Below are positions 36,970 through 46,300 of a stretch of 64,000 bases of DNA, piece by piece. Positions within the stretch are counted from its first letter, which is position 1. The number at the start of each line of letters is the position of its first letter. The translations under genes were made by a program, and so were the position numbers. The stretch is from a virus (taxonomy: Duplodnaviria > Caudoviricetes): IMG/VR virus record IMGVR_UViG_3300020577_007420, positions 12,380 to 76,379 of that record. One strand, given 5' to 3'. Below the pieces are notes generated by a model. That model ran no database searches. It was not told the origin of the DNA and saw only the letters and a program-made list of their open reading frames with translations.

Positions 36970-37364
36970 GAAGGATGTGCTATTGTTGTAGTTGTTGTAG
37001 AAGTCGAACAGCAGTCACAGTGACTATCTATAAGCAATTGAATCTGCTGAGATAAAGTCAGGTTACTCCAAGTTGTTTCATCTGTTAAACAGTTGGGGTC
37101 CAAATCAAGGGACTGTTTTATTATCTCAGATAATGAGAAACAACGATTTACTGGCACACTATCTTCTCCAGTATATGTAATACATACTGTCTCACCCGAT
37201 ATGGTGAAGTTCGATAGAGTGGTAAGCGTCTCACAATCCTTAACAATATTACAGTCAGGTTCTACTTTCTCCTCTTTTATCTCACAGAGTAACTGAACCA
37301 GCTGATTTTTCCACTTCGAGGGAATATCACTTAGATATTCTTCTATTTGTTGCTTGAATGTCAT
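36966..37364 (-). CDS. short paralog of the N-terminal domain of the mucin-like protein
   Basis: Shared DIP.W, VKDCETLT, DP.CL...W..LT...Q......CDCC + Thr run. Confidence 0.8.
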   Translation of the reverse strand: MTFKQQIEEYLSDIPSKWKNQLVQLLCEIKEEKVEPDCNIVKDCETLTTLSNFTISGETVCITYTGEDSVPVNRCFSLSEIIKQSLDLDPNCLTDETTWSNLTLSQQIQLLIDSHCDCCSTSTTTTTIAHPS

Positions 37365-37471
37365 TTTATTATTATTTTAGTCCTAATTTTTGTTTTAATA
37401 TTTCTGCATCATCCTGAATATTATTACAGCCATAAGGATTTGGACCTTATGTTTTTTAAATGGTTTCTCTC

Positions 37472-37891
37472 TCATCTAATAAAAATTGTATATAATGATG
37501 TAAATAATATAATTAATGTCCACTTTATGACCATTTGTTCTTTTGGAGAAAATTGTTGCAGGAAGTTATCAGATTTGGCATCATCTGCATCATCACTTCC
37601 ATTATATCTCCAAGAGTATCCTCTCATCTTGTTTAGCCATCCATCAAAGAATTCCCACCACCAAGCTGCCATCATAGCAGCAGTAATTAATATTTTTATC
37701 ATTACTGTTGGTATAGATTCATCATCAACTGGTAGCATAAAACATGCAAAAGACGGAAGAAGGGCAAGTATTCTAAGTACCTGCCCTCTTCCGTGAGATA
37801 CTCTGCCTGTAGGAATTCTTTTATAGTCTGATTTTACATCAAAATACATAACAGTCACAAAAGTCAATATGCCGAGTATTACTCCTAACAT
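37472..37891 (-). CDS. multi-TM membrane protein
   Basis: 139 aa; 3-4 hydrophobic segments; WWWEFFDG. Confidence 0.7.
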   Translation of the reverse strand: MLGVILGILTFVTVMYFDVKSDYKRIPTGRVSHGRGQVLRILALLPSFACFMLPVDDESIPTVMIKILITAAMMAAWWWEFFDGWLNKMRGYSWRYNGSDDADDAKSDNFLQQFSPKEQMVIKWTLIILFTSLYTIFIR

Positions 37892-38322
37892 TATTTAGGG
37901 TTTTGTAATTTAATAATATCTTCTGCTGACATTCTTGTTGAATCAATCTTGGCAGGAACAGGACGACCCTTACCTGCAGTCACACCATCATTTACTTTAT
38001 CTGTACAAGCTTTGCCCCAAGCTATTGCTATAAATATTATGATTGGTAAAAATATGTTTAGTGAAACTCCATATCCACCAACACTCTTTATATACTTAAC
38101 TATAAAATACATGCCAACAGCAGATAAGGCTGTCAATCCAATTGCCCATACCCAAAAATCTCCAGTTTGCTGCTGCAGAGCTTGGAGTCCTGTAATAGCA
38201 CCTTCATCATCTTCCTTTGTGAAGAGAAATGTATAAATGGCAATACCTACCATTATTACAATGGCTGATAATACTCCAAACATGAATTTGTTTTCCTTAA
38301 TCCAATTTACTAAATTTTTCAT
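37891..38322 (-). CDS. three-TM membrane protein
   Basis: 143 aa; hydrophobic helices. Confidence 0.7.
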   Translation of the reverse strand: MKNLVNWIKENKFMFGVLSAIVIMVGIAIYTFLFTKEDDEGAITGLQALQQQTGDFWVWAIGLTALSAVGMYFIVKYIKSVGGYGVSLNIFLPIIIFIAIAWGKACTDKVNDGVTAGKGRPVPAKIDSTRMSAEDIIKLQNPK

Positions 38323-38334
38323 ATATTTTCAATT

Positions 38335-40116
38335 TTAATTAATGATTTGTTTTAAACTATCTATCACTCTTGATGAGGATATGAATCTTGAACACTCAAA
38401 CTGTCTAGGTGTTCCTTTGTGGTCTGGACACCACCACCAATCCTGTGATTCTAACTTATGTCTGTTAAAGCAACCTCGGCACTTTCCTACTGGTGCATCT
38501 ATTCTTATACAGGATTGCATTTCCGTATAGCTCTCGGAGAATCCTGAGACTAAAATAACAGGAATATTGCATGCCCAAGCTACCCAACTTAATCCGGTAC
38601 CTACTCCTACATATGCCTTACATGCACAGATTTCTTTTATTAGTGTCTCCAGATTTCCTTCTGGAAGCTGTACAGCATTTTGTGGATTACTGTTTCCATT
38701 ATGCCCGTCAGCTTCTTTACTTAATAGAAGAGGTGTATATCCTATGTTATTTATATAATCTACTACATCTTGCCATCCTGTTGGATTATTCCAGTACTTT
38801 GCTTGAGTAGTGGAATGCATCCCAATTCCTATAGTATTTGTTTTCTGCACATCTGGTAAATCCAGCATTGGCTTTATCTCTATATAAGGAAGCCCAAGTA
38901 TATCACTTGCAGTCTTCTGCATAGGTTGGGTACGTGGGTCAAGCGGATGCTTATTGAAATCAATTCTATCATCCTTATAGTACCAGCTTATATTATATTG
39001 AGCCTCAAGGTCATATAGAGGTTGTCCTATTTCTGAAAACTGAATGTCAGGATAATGTTTCCTAAAGAGACTATTGTGCCTTGTTGTACAAATCATATGA
39101 CACTTATGTCTCTTTCTGAATTCCTCTATATATGGGAACCAAGCCACCGTGTCACCTAAACTATTCGACTCTATCCTAACATGAATCCTCTTTCCCTCAA
39201 AGTCAGTTTTGTATTCTGCACGATACTCTCCCTTCTGTATACGAATCTTCCATTTTACGAAATACTCAGGATTGGCTCTTGCCCATTCACCTGTTGCGAT
39301 GGATGATGAGTAAACTATCTCATCTGTGTCTTCATTTATGAACTGGATATCATACTTACCAAGTCCAGCCGTCATATCAACTCTACATCCGTTGACATAA
39401 CTTATTGTAAATGAAGGCTCTATATCAAATTTTGAGGATGGTAATATAAAGAATATGATTTCTCTATAGTAGTCTAGCTTTGATTCTAGCTCTTCTCTAG
39501 TCATCATTCTCCCATCTACAGAGGTAAGTATTACATCCATATTGTAATCTTCAAGCATCTGCATCATATACATTATATATGCTTTATGCTTTCTGCTATG
39601 AATATGTAATTCTCCAGTTATCTTTCTTACATTTTCCTTTATCCAAGGCATGTTCTCTCTTGTGAAGATATCGTACTCTCCTCCCTCGCAATCTACTTTT
39701 AAGAAATCTATCCTTTGGATATTGTTTTTCTCTATAAATGACTTAAATGTCATTGTTGAGATTTCTATATCTCCATTACCAATCTCATTTGCGTGTCCAT
39801 CAGATGTAATAACTGATGTACCATCTTTTCCAGATATAGCAGAGCCGATTACTACTAGTTTTTCATCATTAAGCTTTTTTAAATCCTCGATGAACATGGG
39901 GTCTGGTTCTAAAGCATACACCTTAGATGCTTTCTTTATGGCCAGCTTTGATAATATTCCAACATGAGCACCCACATCTACGACTACATCTCCATCTTCT
40001 ATTTCAAAGAACTTTTCGTAAATACCTTCTTCTTCTATTTCTCTCTTGGCAACATCAACCATCAGTTGATAGTTTCCCTCAACTGTGTCTCTCTTCTTGA
40101 GATTTTTATAAATCAT
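38335..40116 (-). CDS. FkbM-family methyltransferase fused to Aah/TibC-type (autotransporter) O-heptosyltransferase
   Basis: N-terminus: VDVGAHVG, ALEPD, FLKVDCEGGE. C-terminus: SLGDTVAWFPY, AKYWNNPTGW, GTGLSWVAWA...VILVSGFS, CRGCFN...CP...FEC Cys set. Confidence 0.82.
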   Translation of the reverse strand: MIYKNLKKRDTVEGNYQLMVDVAKREIEEEGIYEKFFEIEDGDVVVDVGAHVGILSKLAIKKASKVYALEPDPMFIEDLKKLNDEKLVVIGSAISGKDGTSVITSDGHANEIGNGDIEISTMTFKSFIEKNNIQRIDFLKVDCEGGEYDIFTRENMPWIKENVRKITGELHIHSRKHKAYIMYMMQMLEDYNMDVILTSVDGRMMTREELESKLDYYREIIFFILPSSKFDIEPSFTISYVNGCRVDMTAGLGKYDIQFINEDTDEIVYSSSIATGEWARANPEYFVKWKIRIQKGEYRAEYKTDFEGKRIHVRIESNSLGDTVAWFPYIEEFRKRHKCHMICTTRHNSLFRKHYPDIQFSEIGQPLYDLEAQYNISWYYKDDRIDFNKHPLDPRTQPMQKTASDILGLPYIEIKPMLDLPDVQKTNTIGIGMHSTTQAKYWNNPTGWQDVVDYINNIGYTPLLLSKEADGHNGNSNPQNAVQLPEGNLETLIKEICACKAYVGVGTGLSWVAWACNIPVILVSGFSESYTEMQSCIRIDAPVGKCRGCFNRHKLESQDWWWCPDHKGTPRQFECSRFISSSRVIDSLKQIIN

Positions 40117-40125
40117 ATGTTGGTT

Positions 40126-41013
40126 TTATATATAAGTAACTAATGGATTATTGTCATAATCGCTTCCATATGTTAGAAACTTTCTTATCTTGCATGGTAA
40201 TCCATAAGATAATGCTTCTTTTATACAGATTGGGTTTAGTTCGAATGTGCTTGGGAAATAAAACTCATCACAAGCCTGATAAAATAAATCTACATCGTCC
40301 TTTTCTCCCCAAACTACACAGTTAGCTGGCTTATTCTGCATAAGAGGTCCCCAGTAATTCTCAAAGTTAGGTGCCTGATTCCCAACAAAATGATAGGTAT
40401 TTTGAGGATTTACTCTAGCAATCTCAAATAATTCTCCTTGATTCTTGCCCGGAGTAAATAATCCCACATTTAGGATATGTTTTCTATTAATATCCATTCC
40501 CAGTTCTAGCTTCTTCTGTATCTTCTGTTCTGGTGTAACTTCCTTACTTTCAATAGGAAATTCCCATATATCACAGGGAACAGTAGGCAACTGGGTTAAG
40601 AATAGATTCTTTTGCCAGTTATTTACTGCAACTAGCTTATCTGGGTATCTATCAAATGACTGCCCGTATGTTAAAGAGCTATGAGATGTAACTACTACAA
40701 ACCAAGTTCTATCCTGTTTGTATAGATACTCTAAGTTTGGCTGGTCTAGGAATTTCTCTGGAAGTTCCTGACAATGAATGACTTCTGGACTTATTTGCTC
40801 TATTTTGCTCTGTAGAAGTGCTTGATTTCCATATAGAGAATCAAACGTACACATAGCTTGTAGTCTGTTTCTCTGGACTACATACTGCTCTCCATAAAAG
40901 TCTACTTCCAGTACAAATATCTCGTTTCCCTCAAGAAAATCCTGAACCTGTCTTACGACATATTGGGGCATTCCTCCTGTCGAACAATGTGGTAATAGAT
41001 ATAATATTCTCAT
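40126..41013 (-). CDS. GT-B glycosyltransferase (GT4/Glycos_transf_1-like)
   Basis: RILYLLPHCSTGGMPQ; NVGLFTPGKNQ; FPSTFELNPICIKEALSYGLP. Confidence 0.82.
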   Translation of the reverse strand: MRILYLLPHCSTGGMPQYVVRQVQDFLEGNEIFVLEVDFYGEQYVVQRNRLQAMCTFDSLYGNQALLQSKIEQISPEVIHCQELPEKFLDQPNLEYLYKQDRTWFVVVTSHSSLTYGQSFDRYPDKLVAVNNWQKNLFLTQLPTVPCDIWEFPIESKEVTPEQKIQKKLELGMDINRKHILNVGLFTPGKNQGELFEIARVNPQNTYHFVGNQAPNFENYWGPLMQNKPANCVVWGEKDDVDLFYQACDEFYFPSTFELNPICIKEALSYGLPCKIRKFLTYGSDYDNNPLVTYI

Positions 41014-41017
41014 TACG

Positions 41018-41049
41018 CAAATATATGAAATTATATATTATTCTCCAAA
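41018..41049 (-). promoter_or_regulatory. perfect Bacteroidota promoter heading the glycosyltransferase cassette
   Basis: Minus strand TTTG(41049-46)-N20-TATATTTG(41025-18), 4 nt before ATG 41013. Confidence 0.75.
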
Positions 41050-41337
41050 TTAATAAAATGTTGGGCCACTCCTATAGTAATGTGCACCAGTTGGGGAGAA
41101 ATAATCATCCTGACAGTACTTAATTATTACCATTCCATCACCACCCGGAGCACCGCCATTTCCAAATTGATAAAAGTCACCACCGCCACCGTATGCGATG
41201 AATGTTGTTGCAAATGATGTGTTTCCACCAACAGCACCAGAACCAAGATTTGTTCTTGCTGTTGTTGTATTTGTTAAATCAGACAAATTATTTGTCTTGA
41301 TGAGTTCTCTTGAATTGATTGAGTTATTTGTTGCCAT
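41050..41337 (-). CDS. short tail-fibre-like fragment with Gly-rich C-terminus
   Basis: MATNNSIN, NNLSDLTNTTTARTNLG, GGDGMVIIKY. Confidence 0.55.
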   Translation of the reverse strand: MATNNSINSRELIKTNNLSDLTNTTTARTNLGSGAVGGNTSFATTFIAYGGGGDFYQFGNGGAPGGDGMVIIKYCQDDYFSPTGAHYYRSGPTFY

Positions 41338-41338
41338 A

Positions 41339-42937
41339 TTATGTTATTGTTATATTACCTTGACTACTTAATACCATCCACTCTGTATCAGCCACGATAC
41401 AAAGTAATTCAACTGCATCATTTGTATCTGTCGAATCAAGTCTTCCGCCAACACCAGTAGTTGTGTCTACATTTCCAAAATGAATTATTTCAGATGCGTT
41501 TTGTGCAATTCTCCAACCACCTGCACCCTTACCAGCAACACGCACAACAGAACCAACAGCAGCTGTATCTGGTAGTGTTACTGTGACGAGTGAAGCATTG
41601 TTGCATATATATCCATTGTTTACAGAAGCAGCCTGACTTGTTCCAGTAACCTCATTCCAAGTAAAACCACCAGCAGACATTGACTCTATTTTATCTCGTA
41701 TAGCATTTTTGGTTGGAACTTCTAATGAACCATTCCAGTTTGTTGCGTCATACGCTTCATCTGCTACTTCTAGGTCTGTATAAGCACTGTCATCAGCAAG
41801 TCTAGCTTGTAGAATTGTCGAGCTTCTTTTAATTGCAGGAAATGAAGACGTTGTCCCATGAAATTGTATCAAACCAGATGTATTTATTTGTAAATAACCA
41901 GCAGTATTCCCAGAACCAAGCATTAGAGGAACACCTGCAGATGGATATATACTCCATGTTGAACCAAGTTTTAAATAACCAGTATTTCCACCATAAATAA
42001 CATTAAAGTCTGTTGATACTCCTGCATTTGGGTTAATGGTTAAGCCCTGAGAACCAGAAAATAGTCTAATCACACCACCATGACTACCAGCACCATTGTT
42101 CGTTGTTATATATATTCCAGTAGTATTACCAGTTCTTGATGTATCATTATATATTTCAGATGCAGTTCCATAATCTCTTATATCAAAAGTTGGTGTTCTA
42201 ACTTTTCCAGAACCACCCAATGTAATATCTGTTCCATCAAAAGTAAGGTTAGCACTTGTTTGTAATGTATTTGAATCAGAACCATAGGGGATACGATTAG
42301 ATACCATTGTTCCGTCTATCTTTCCGTCTATTTGTGTTTGGATTCCAGATGTAACACCTTTAACGTAAGCTACTTCTGCAAGTGAAGGATACGTTGCGGT
42401 ATCTAGGTATGAAATTGTATCAACATCTGTCCAGTAAGTTAGTCGGTTTGAAACACCAGAACCATCAATAGTTCCACCTCCAGAAGTACCTGATGTACCT
42501 GTTGACCCCGATGTACCACTTGTTCCATTAGAACCATTAGCACCACTTGTACCAGAAGTACCGTTGGTTCCAGAGGTTCCGCTTACACCACTTGTACCAG
42601 ATGTACCAGAAGCTCCAGAAGAACCTGTGGCTCCAGAAGTACCAGAAGTGCCTGATAATCCGCTAGTTCCAGAGGTGCCTGAGGCACCTGAGGAACCAGT
42701 AGCACCACTTGTCCCGGATGTACCGGATTGACCTGAGGTACCTGATGTTCCAGATGTTCCAGCTACTCCACTTCCCTGAGAGCCAACCTTTTCACATATT
42801 TTATTTAAAATAGAAGACAAAGGCTCCCCTTTTGTAGCGGGAACGCACAAATCAGAACAGTCATTGACAACTCCAGAAAGAGGTATCTTTGACTTGTTTA
42901 CGAGAATATATTTCTTTTGGTCATTTGTTTCTGCCAT
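41339..42937 (-). CDS. collagen-like tail fibre / virion decoration protein
   Basis: 31 consecutive Gly-X-Y triplets; DEAYDATNWNGSLEVPTKNAIRDKI; C-terminal TVTLP...GGWRIAQNA domain. Confidence 0.75.
   Translation of the reverse strand: MAETNDQKKYILVNKSKIPLSGVVNDCSDLCVPATKGEPLSSILNKICEKVGSQGSGVAGTSGTSGTSGQSGTSGTSGATGSSGASGTSGTSGLSGTSGTSGATGSSGASGTSGTSGVSGTSGTNGTSGTSGANGSNGTSGTSGSTGTSGTSGGGTIDGSGVSNRLTYWTDVDTISYLDTATYPSLAEVAYVKGVTSGIQTQIDGKIDGTMVSNRIPYGSDSNTLQTSANLTFDGTDITLGGSGKVRTPTFDIRDYGTASEIYNDTSRTGNTTGIYITTNNGAGSHGGVIRLFSGSQGLTINPNAGVSTDFNVIYGGNTGYLKLGSTWSIYPSAGVPLMLGSGNTAGYLQINTSGLIQFHGTTSSFPAIKRSSTILQARLADDSAYTDLEVADEAYDATNWNGSLEVPTKNAIRDKIESMSAGGFTWNEVTGTSQAASVNNGYICNNASLVTVTLPDTAAVGSVVRVAGKGAGGWRIAQNASEIIHFGNVDTTTGVGGRLDSTDTNDAVELLCIVADTEWMVLSSQGNITIT
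42482..42760 (-). repeat. (Gly-Thr-Ser)n collagen-like repeat, 31 triplets, with a 24-aa higher-order unit
   Basis: G[QLV]S-GTS-GTS-GAT-GSS-GAS-GTS-GTS repeated; no Pro; codons diversified. Confidence 0.9.
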
Positions 42938-42988
42938 TTCTCGAAGACGGGAGATAGTAATCCCCTCTATTTAGGGTTATAGATATTG

Positions 42989-43019
42989 TTAATATAATCA
43001 GAAATCCTGAAAATACAAA
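42989..43019 (-). promoter_or_regulatory. probable promoter upstream of the collagen fibre gene
   Basis: Minus strand TTTG-N19-TATATTAA. Confidence 0.45.
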
Positions 43020-43061
43020 ATAATATAAGCTAATTTACGGAAATTAGGATAATATACCTAA

Positions 43062-43304
43062 TCAGGAAGATAGCTCACCATCCATGTATTTAACAGATTC
43101 GTCCTCTATTTCAGGGACTTCCTCCTCTACTTCTAGCTTTCCGGGGACTACCCTTTGAGAAAAGGGGTCATCTACAAATGAGCCTAAATCATCAGCCATA
43201 CAGGACTGAAAGAACTCGTCTACGTCCTTTTCCTCTAGCTGGAAGTAGTATTCGTAGGTTGATACGTAGATAACCTTTCCATTTGGTAATGAGATATTTG
43301 GCAT
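43062..43304 (-). CDS. small acidic hypothetical protein
   Basis: 80 aa; TAATG-coupled to the upstream giant gene. Confidence 0.65.
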   Translation of the reverse strand: MPNISLPNGKVIYVSTYEYYFQLEEKDVDEFFQSCMADDLGSFVDDPFSQRVVPGKLEVEEEVPEIEDESVKYMDGELSS

Positions 43305-46300
43305 TATCGTACTTTATTTTGTATTTGAGTAAATGTCATTATATATGGTGCAGGTTCAAATGTATATCCTGTATAACCAATTGTGTTCCAAAGAGTTGCC
43401 ATTAATTTAGAGTCACCCTTATCTTTAATAGCACCTATTCCGTCCCACCAGTAGTTGTACTTTTTCTTATTCTTATAGTATAGGTCATTGGTATCTCCCA
43501 TAAGGTGCTGAAAACTATACTTAAGTATAGCGGACATGTTATCTACTGCAGATTTTGGAGCACCAAATGGGTCAAATATTGCTCTCTTCATCTCCATATA
43601 TCCCAATCCCCATACAGGAAGAGGTATAAATGTGCCCAACTCTCCCTGAACTCTCAGTGCTATAGTTATGGCTACTTGTTTTTCCCAAGACATTTTTGAT
43701 AACTTCTTGTTTCTTTCATCATCATCATCATCATATCCAAACACCATAGGAATTAATATACCCATTAAAATCAATAGTGCAATCTCAGTTATACTTCTTC
43801 TTGCAGCATGCTTATATAAAGGATTGGATGCCATCCATTTATAGTATTCTTTCTCCTCGTCTTTTCCAAATATAAACCCTTTAACAAAAGCTGCCAGAAG
43901 TTTTCCAAAAGCTCTATGATTTCCTATTCTCTCCCTTTCAAGGAAAACGTCCATTACTCTTCCTTGATATCTATTTAAAAGCATAGGAATCATGTACTTT
44001 TTCATCATTTCAAATGCTCTACCAACAGAATATCTTGAAATCCAAGACTGCATATGGTCATAGTAGTTACCATGTAAAAGGGTATAGAATTGTAGTACTG
44101 CAGAACGTAATTTCTTAACTTGTTCACCATTTACTGGGTCCCAATCATTTTTCATATAAGAATATTCATCCTTTAGTGCAATAACTCCATCTTTAAGTGT
44201 ATACAAATCGTAGAATTCTAATTTTCTTCCATTATTATCTACAATATTTGACTTTCTCATTATGATAGTTATTGCTGTCTGTATACCTAATGCATTTTCA
44301 GGCTCGCTCCTAATCTTCATTAGGTAGGTTCTAACTCCGCTAGCCATATTCTTCCAAGATAGAAGACTTTGAAGATTTCTTGCACCCGGTAACATATTGA
44401 ATGCCATTATCATCTGGCTATGAAGTCCATGCTCCCCTGCATTAAAATAATCTTTCTCATATGCCGAGAAGAATTCAAGTGACTTTGTACTAGCCTTTCT
44501 AAATGTATCCATAGCACCATCACCTATCATAGATTCAATTATCAACTGGGCTTCTCCACTAAGTACGTTTACAGCAGAACCAACTATATCACCAGCCAGT
44601 TTTAACCCAGCTATTGACATTGCAAAGTTTACAAAATTGGCAACTTGTGGAAGGTTAAATATACTTTCTGGAATCTTATCTAAGATAAGTCCATCGTACA
44701 ACATCTTAGTAAGATTTGCTCTATTTTTTCCAGCAAGAGACCTTTCGTGTATAGATATATACATGTCTCTTATTGCTTTAACGATAGGTTTTGCAAAGTT
44801 CTTTTGTTTATATACATTTAAATCTGTAATAAACATTGTAAGTGCTGCTATAGCATCTGCGGATGTTTCATCTATAGGAATATTTCTTATAGATTGAAGC
44901 TTTACATCATCGTCTTCTGTTCTTGATTTAGCCCCACCACTGAATCTATCATATACCTGTTGAGTAGCCAAGCCAATGTTTTCTAGTTCAGCTCTTGCTT
45001 CTTTCTCTGCATTAAACCATCCTGAAAAAGGAGTTCTACCAGCTGCATACTTAGCTGCCTTTTTTGGATTTTTAAGAAGCTTTATTTCCTCATACTCATC
45101 TATTCTCATAGCAGGAATTCTTAAATCAAATCTATCCTGCTCAAGTAATTCTTGTTGTCTTTGTAGAGAATATAACTTGAGTTTTTCAAGCAATTCAAAT
45201 ACAGGTCTTTTTGATGGGTTATTCTTTAACTCATGATATTTATCATTCCAGTATTTTCCTTTTTTAGGTAATGGTAACCAGTTTCCATTAATATCTACAG
45301 TTGCAGATACTTGTCCGCTAATAACTCTAGGGTCAGTATCATATATCTTCTCAGTTCTATGTTCATCCTTTACAACCCTATATGTTAAAAATTTTGGATA
45401 TTCTTCTGTATAATACTTTTCATCTGTGGGTTCAAATTTTGTAACAAGTCTTAAAGGACTAAATTGTTCATATCCATCAGGATTCATATCATCTCTTACA
45501 ATCCTTGTAGTATGTAAATCATTATAAAACTCTATCAGTTTTGCTAGGTTTTTTGCAGATAATTCTTCTAATTTATATTCTCTCTCCACACTTTCCTCAT
45601 ACCCATCTATAAACTTATTAACTTCTTGTTCTACTTTCTCCTTTAATTCTTTTTGGTTTCTTAAATTATCACGAATAATAGTAGCAAGTTTATTAACATG
45701 ACTTTTGTCATATTCATCATTACTTAGATACTCACCAAAAATATTAAAATAGTTCTGTCTTGTTTCCTCTTTTGGATTATTTAAATACTCTGTAAGTGCA
45801 GATAGTAGATTACTCTTATATTCAGATTTAATCTTTTCGAACCCTTCCAGTTTTTCAGTTCTCTTATTACTTGCATCACTTACTCTTTCAGAAGAAACAT
45901 TTGCCATATAATTTACTACAGCAACAAATAATCCATCCTCTCTTCCGCCTAAAAGTTTTTCCCAATCGTACACAGCTGCCCTAAGAGTATCACCCTTACC
46001 TTTCATAAATGTATCATATGCCTCTTGATGAGCAGTCTTATATGAAGAATATGCAGTATCATCTTTTAAATATTGGTCAGCATAAGCCAAGAAAGATTGC
46101 ATCATCATAGTATAATTATGTGTTACATTTCTTCCTGCCATTTCATCTAACTGAGCAAATAATTCATTTAATCTATCTTCATTTTCTCTACGGGCATTAC
46201 TTTTTATATAAGGTACATTGCTTAAAAGAATATCAATAATTGATTGAACTCCCTCTAATAGAGGTACATCTGCAATAGTTTGAGTATTAGCATATTGTGC

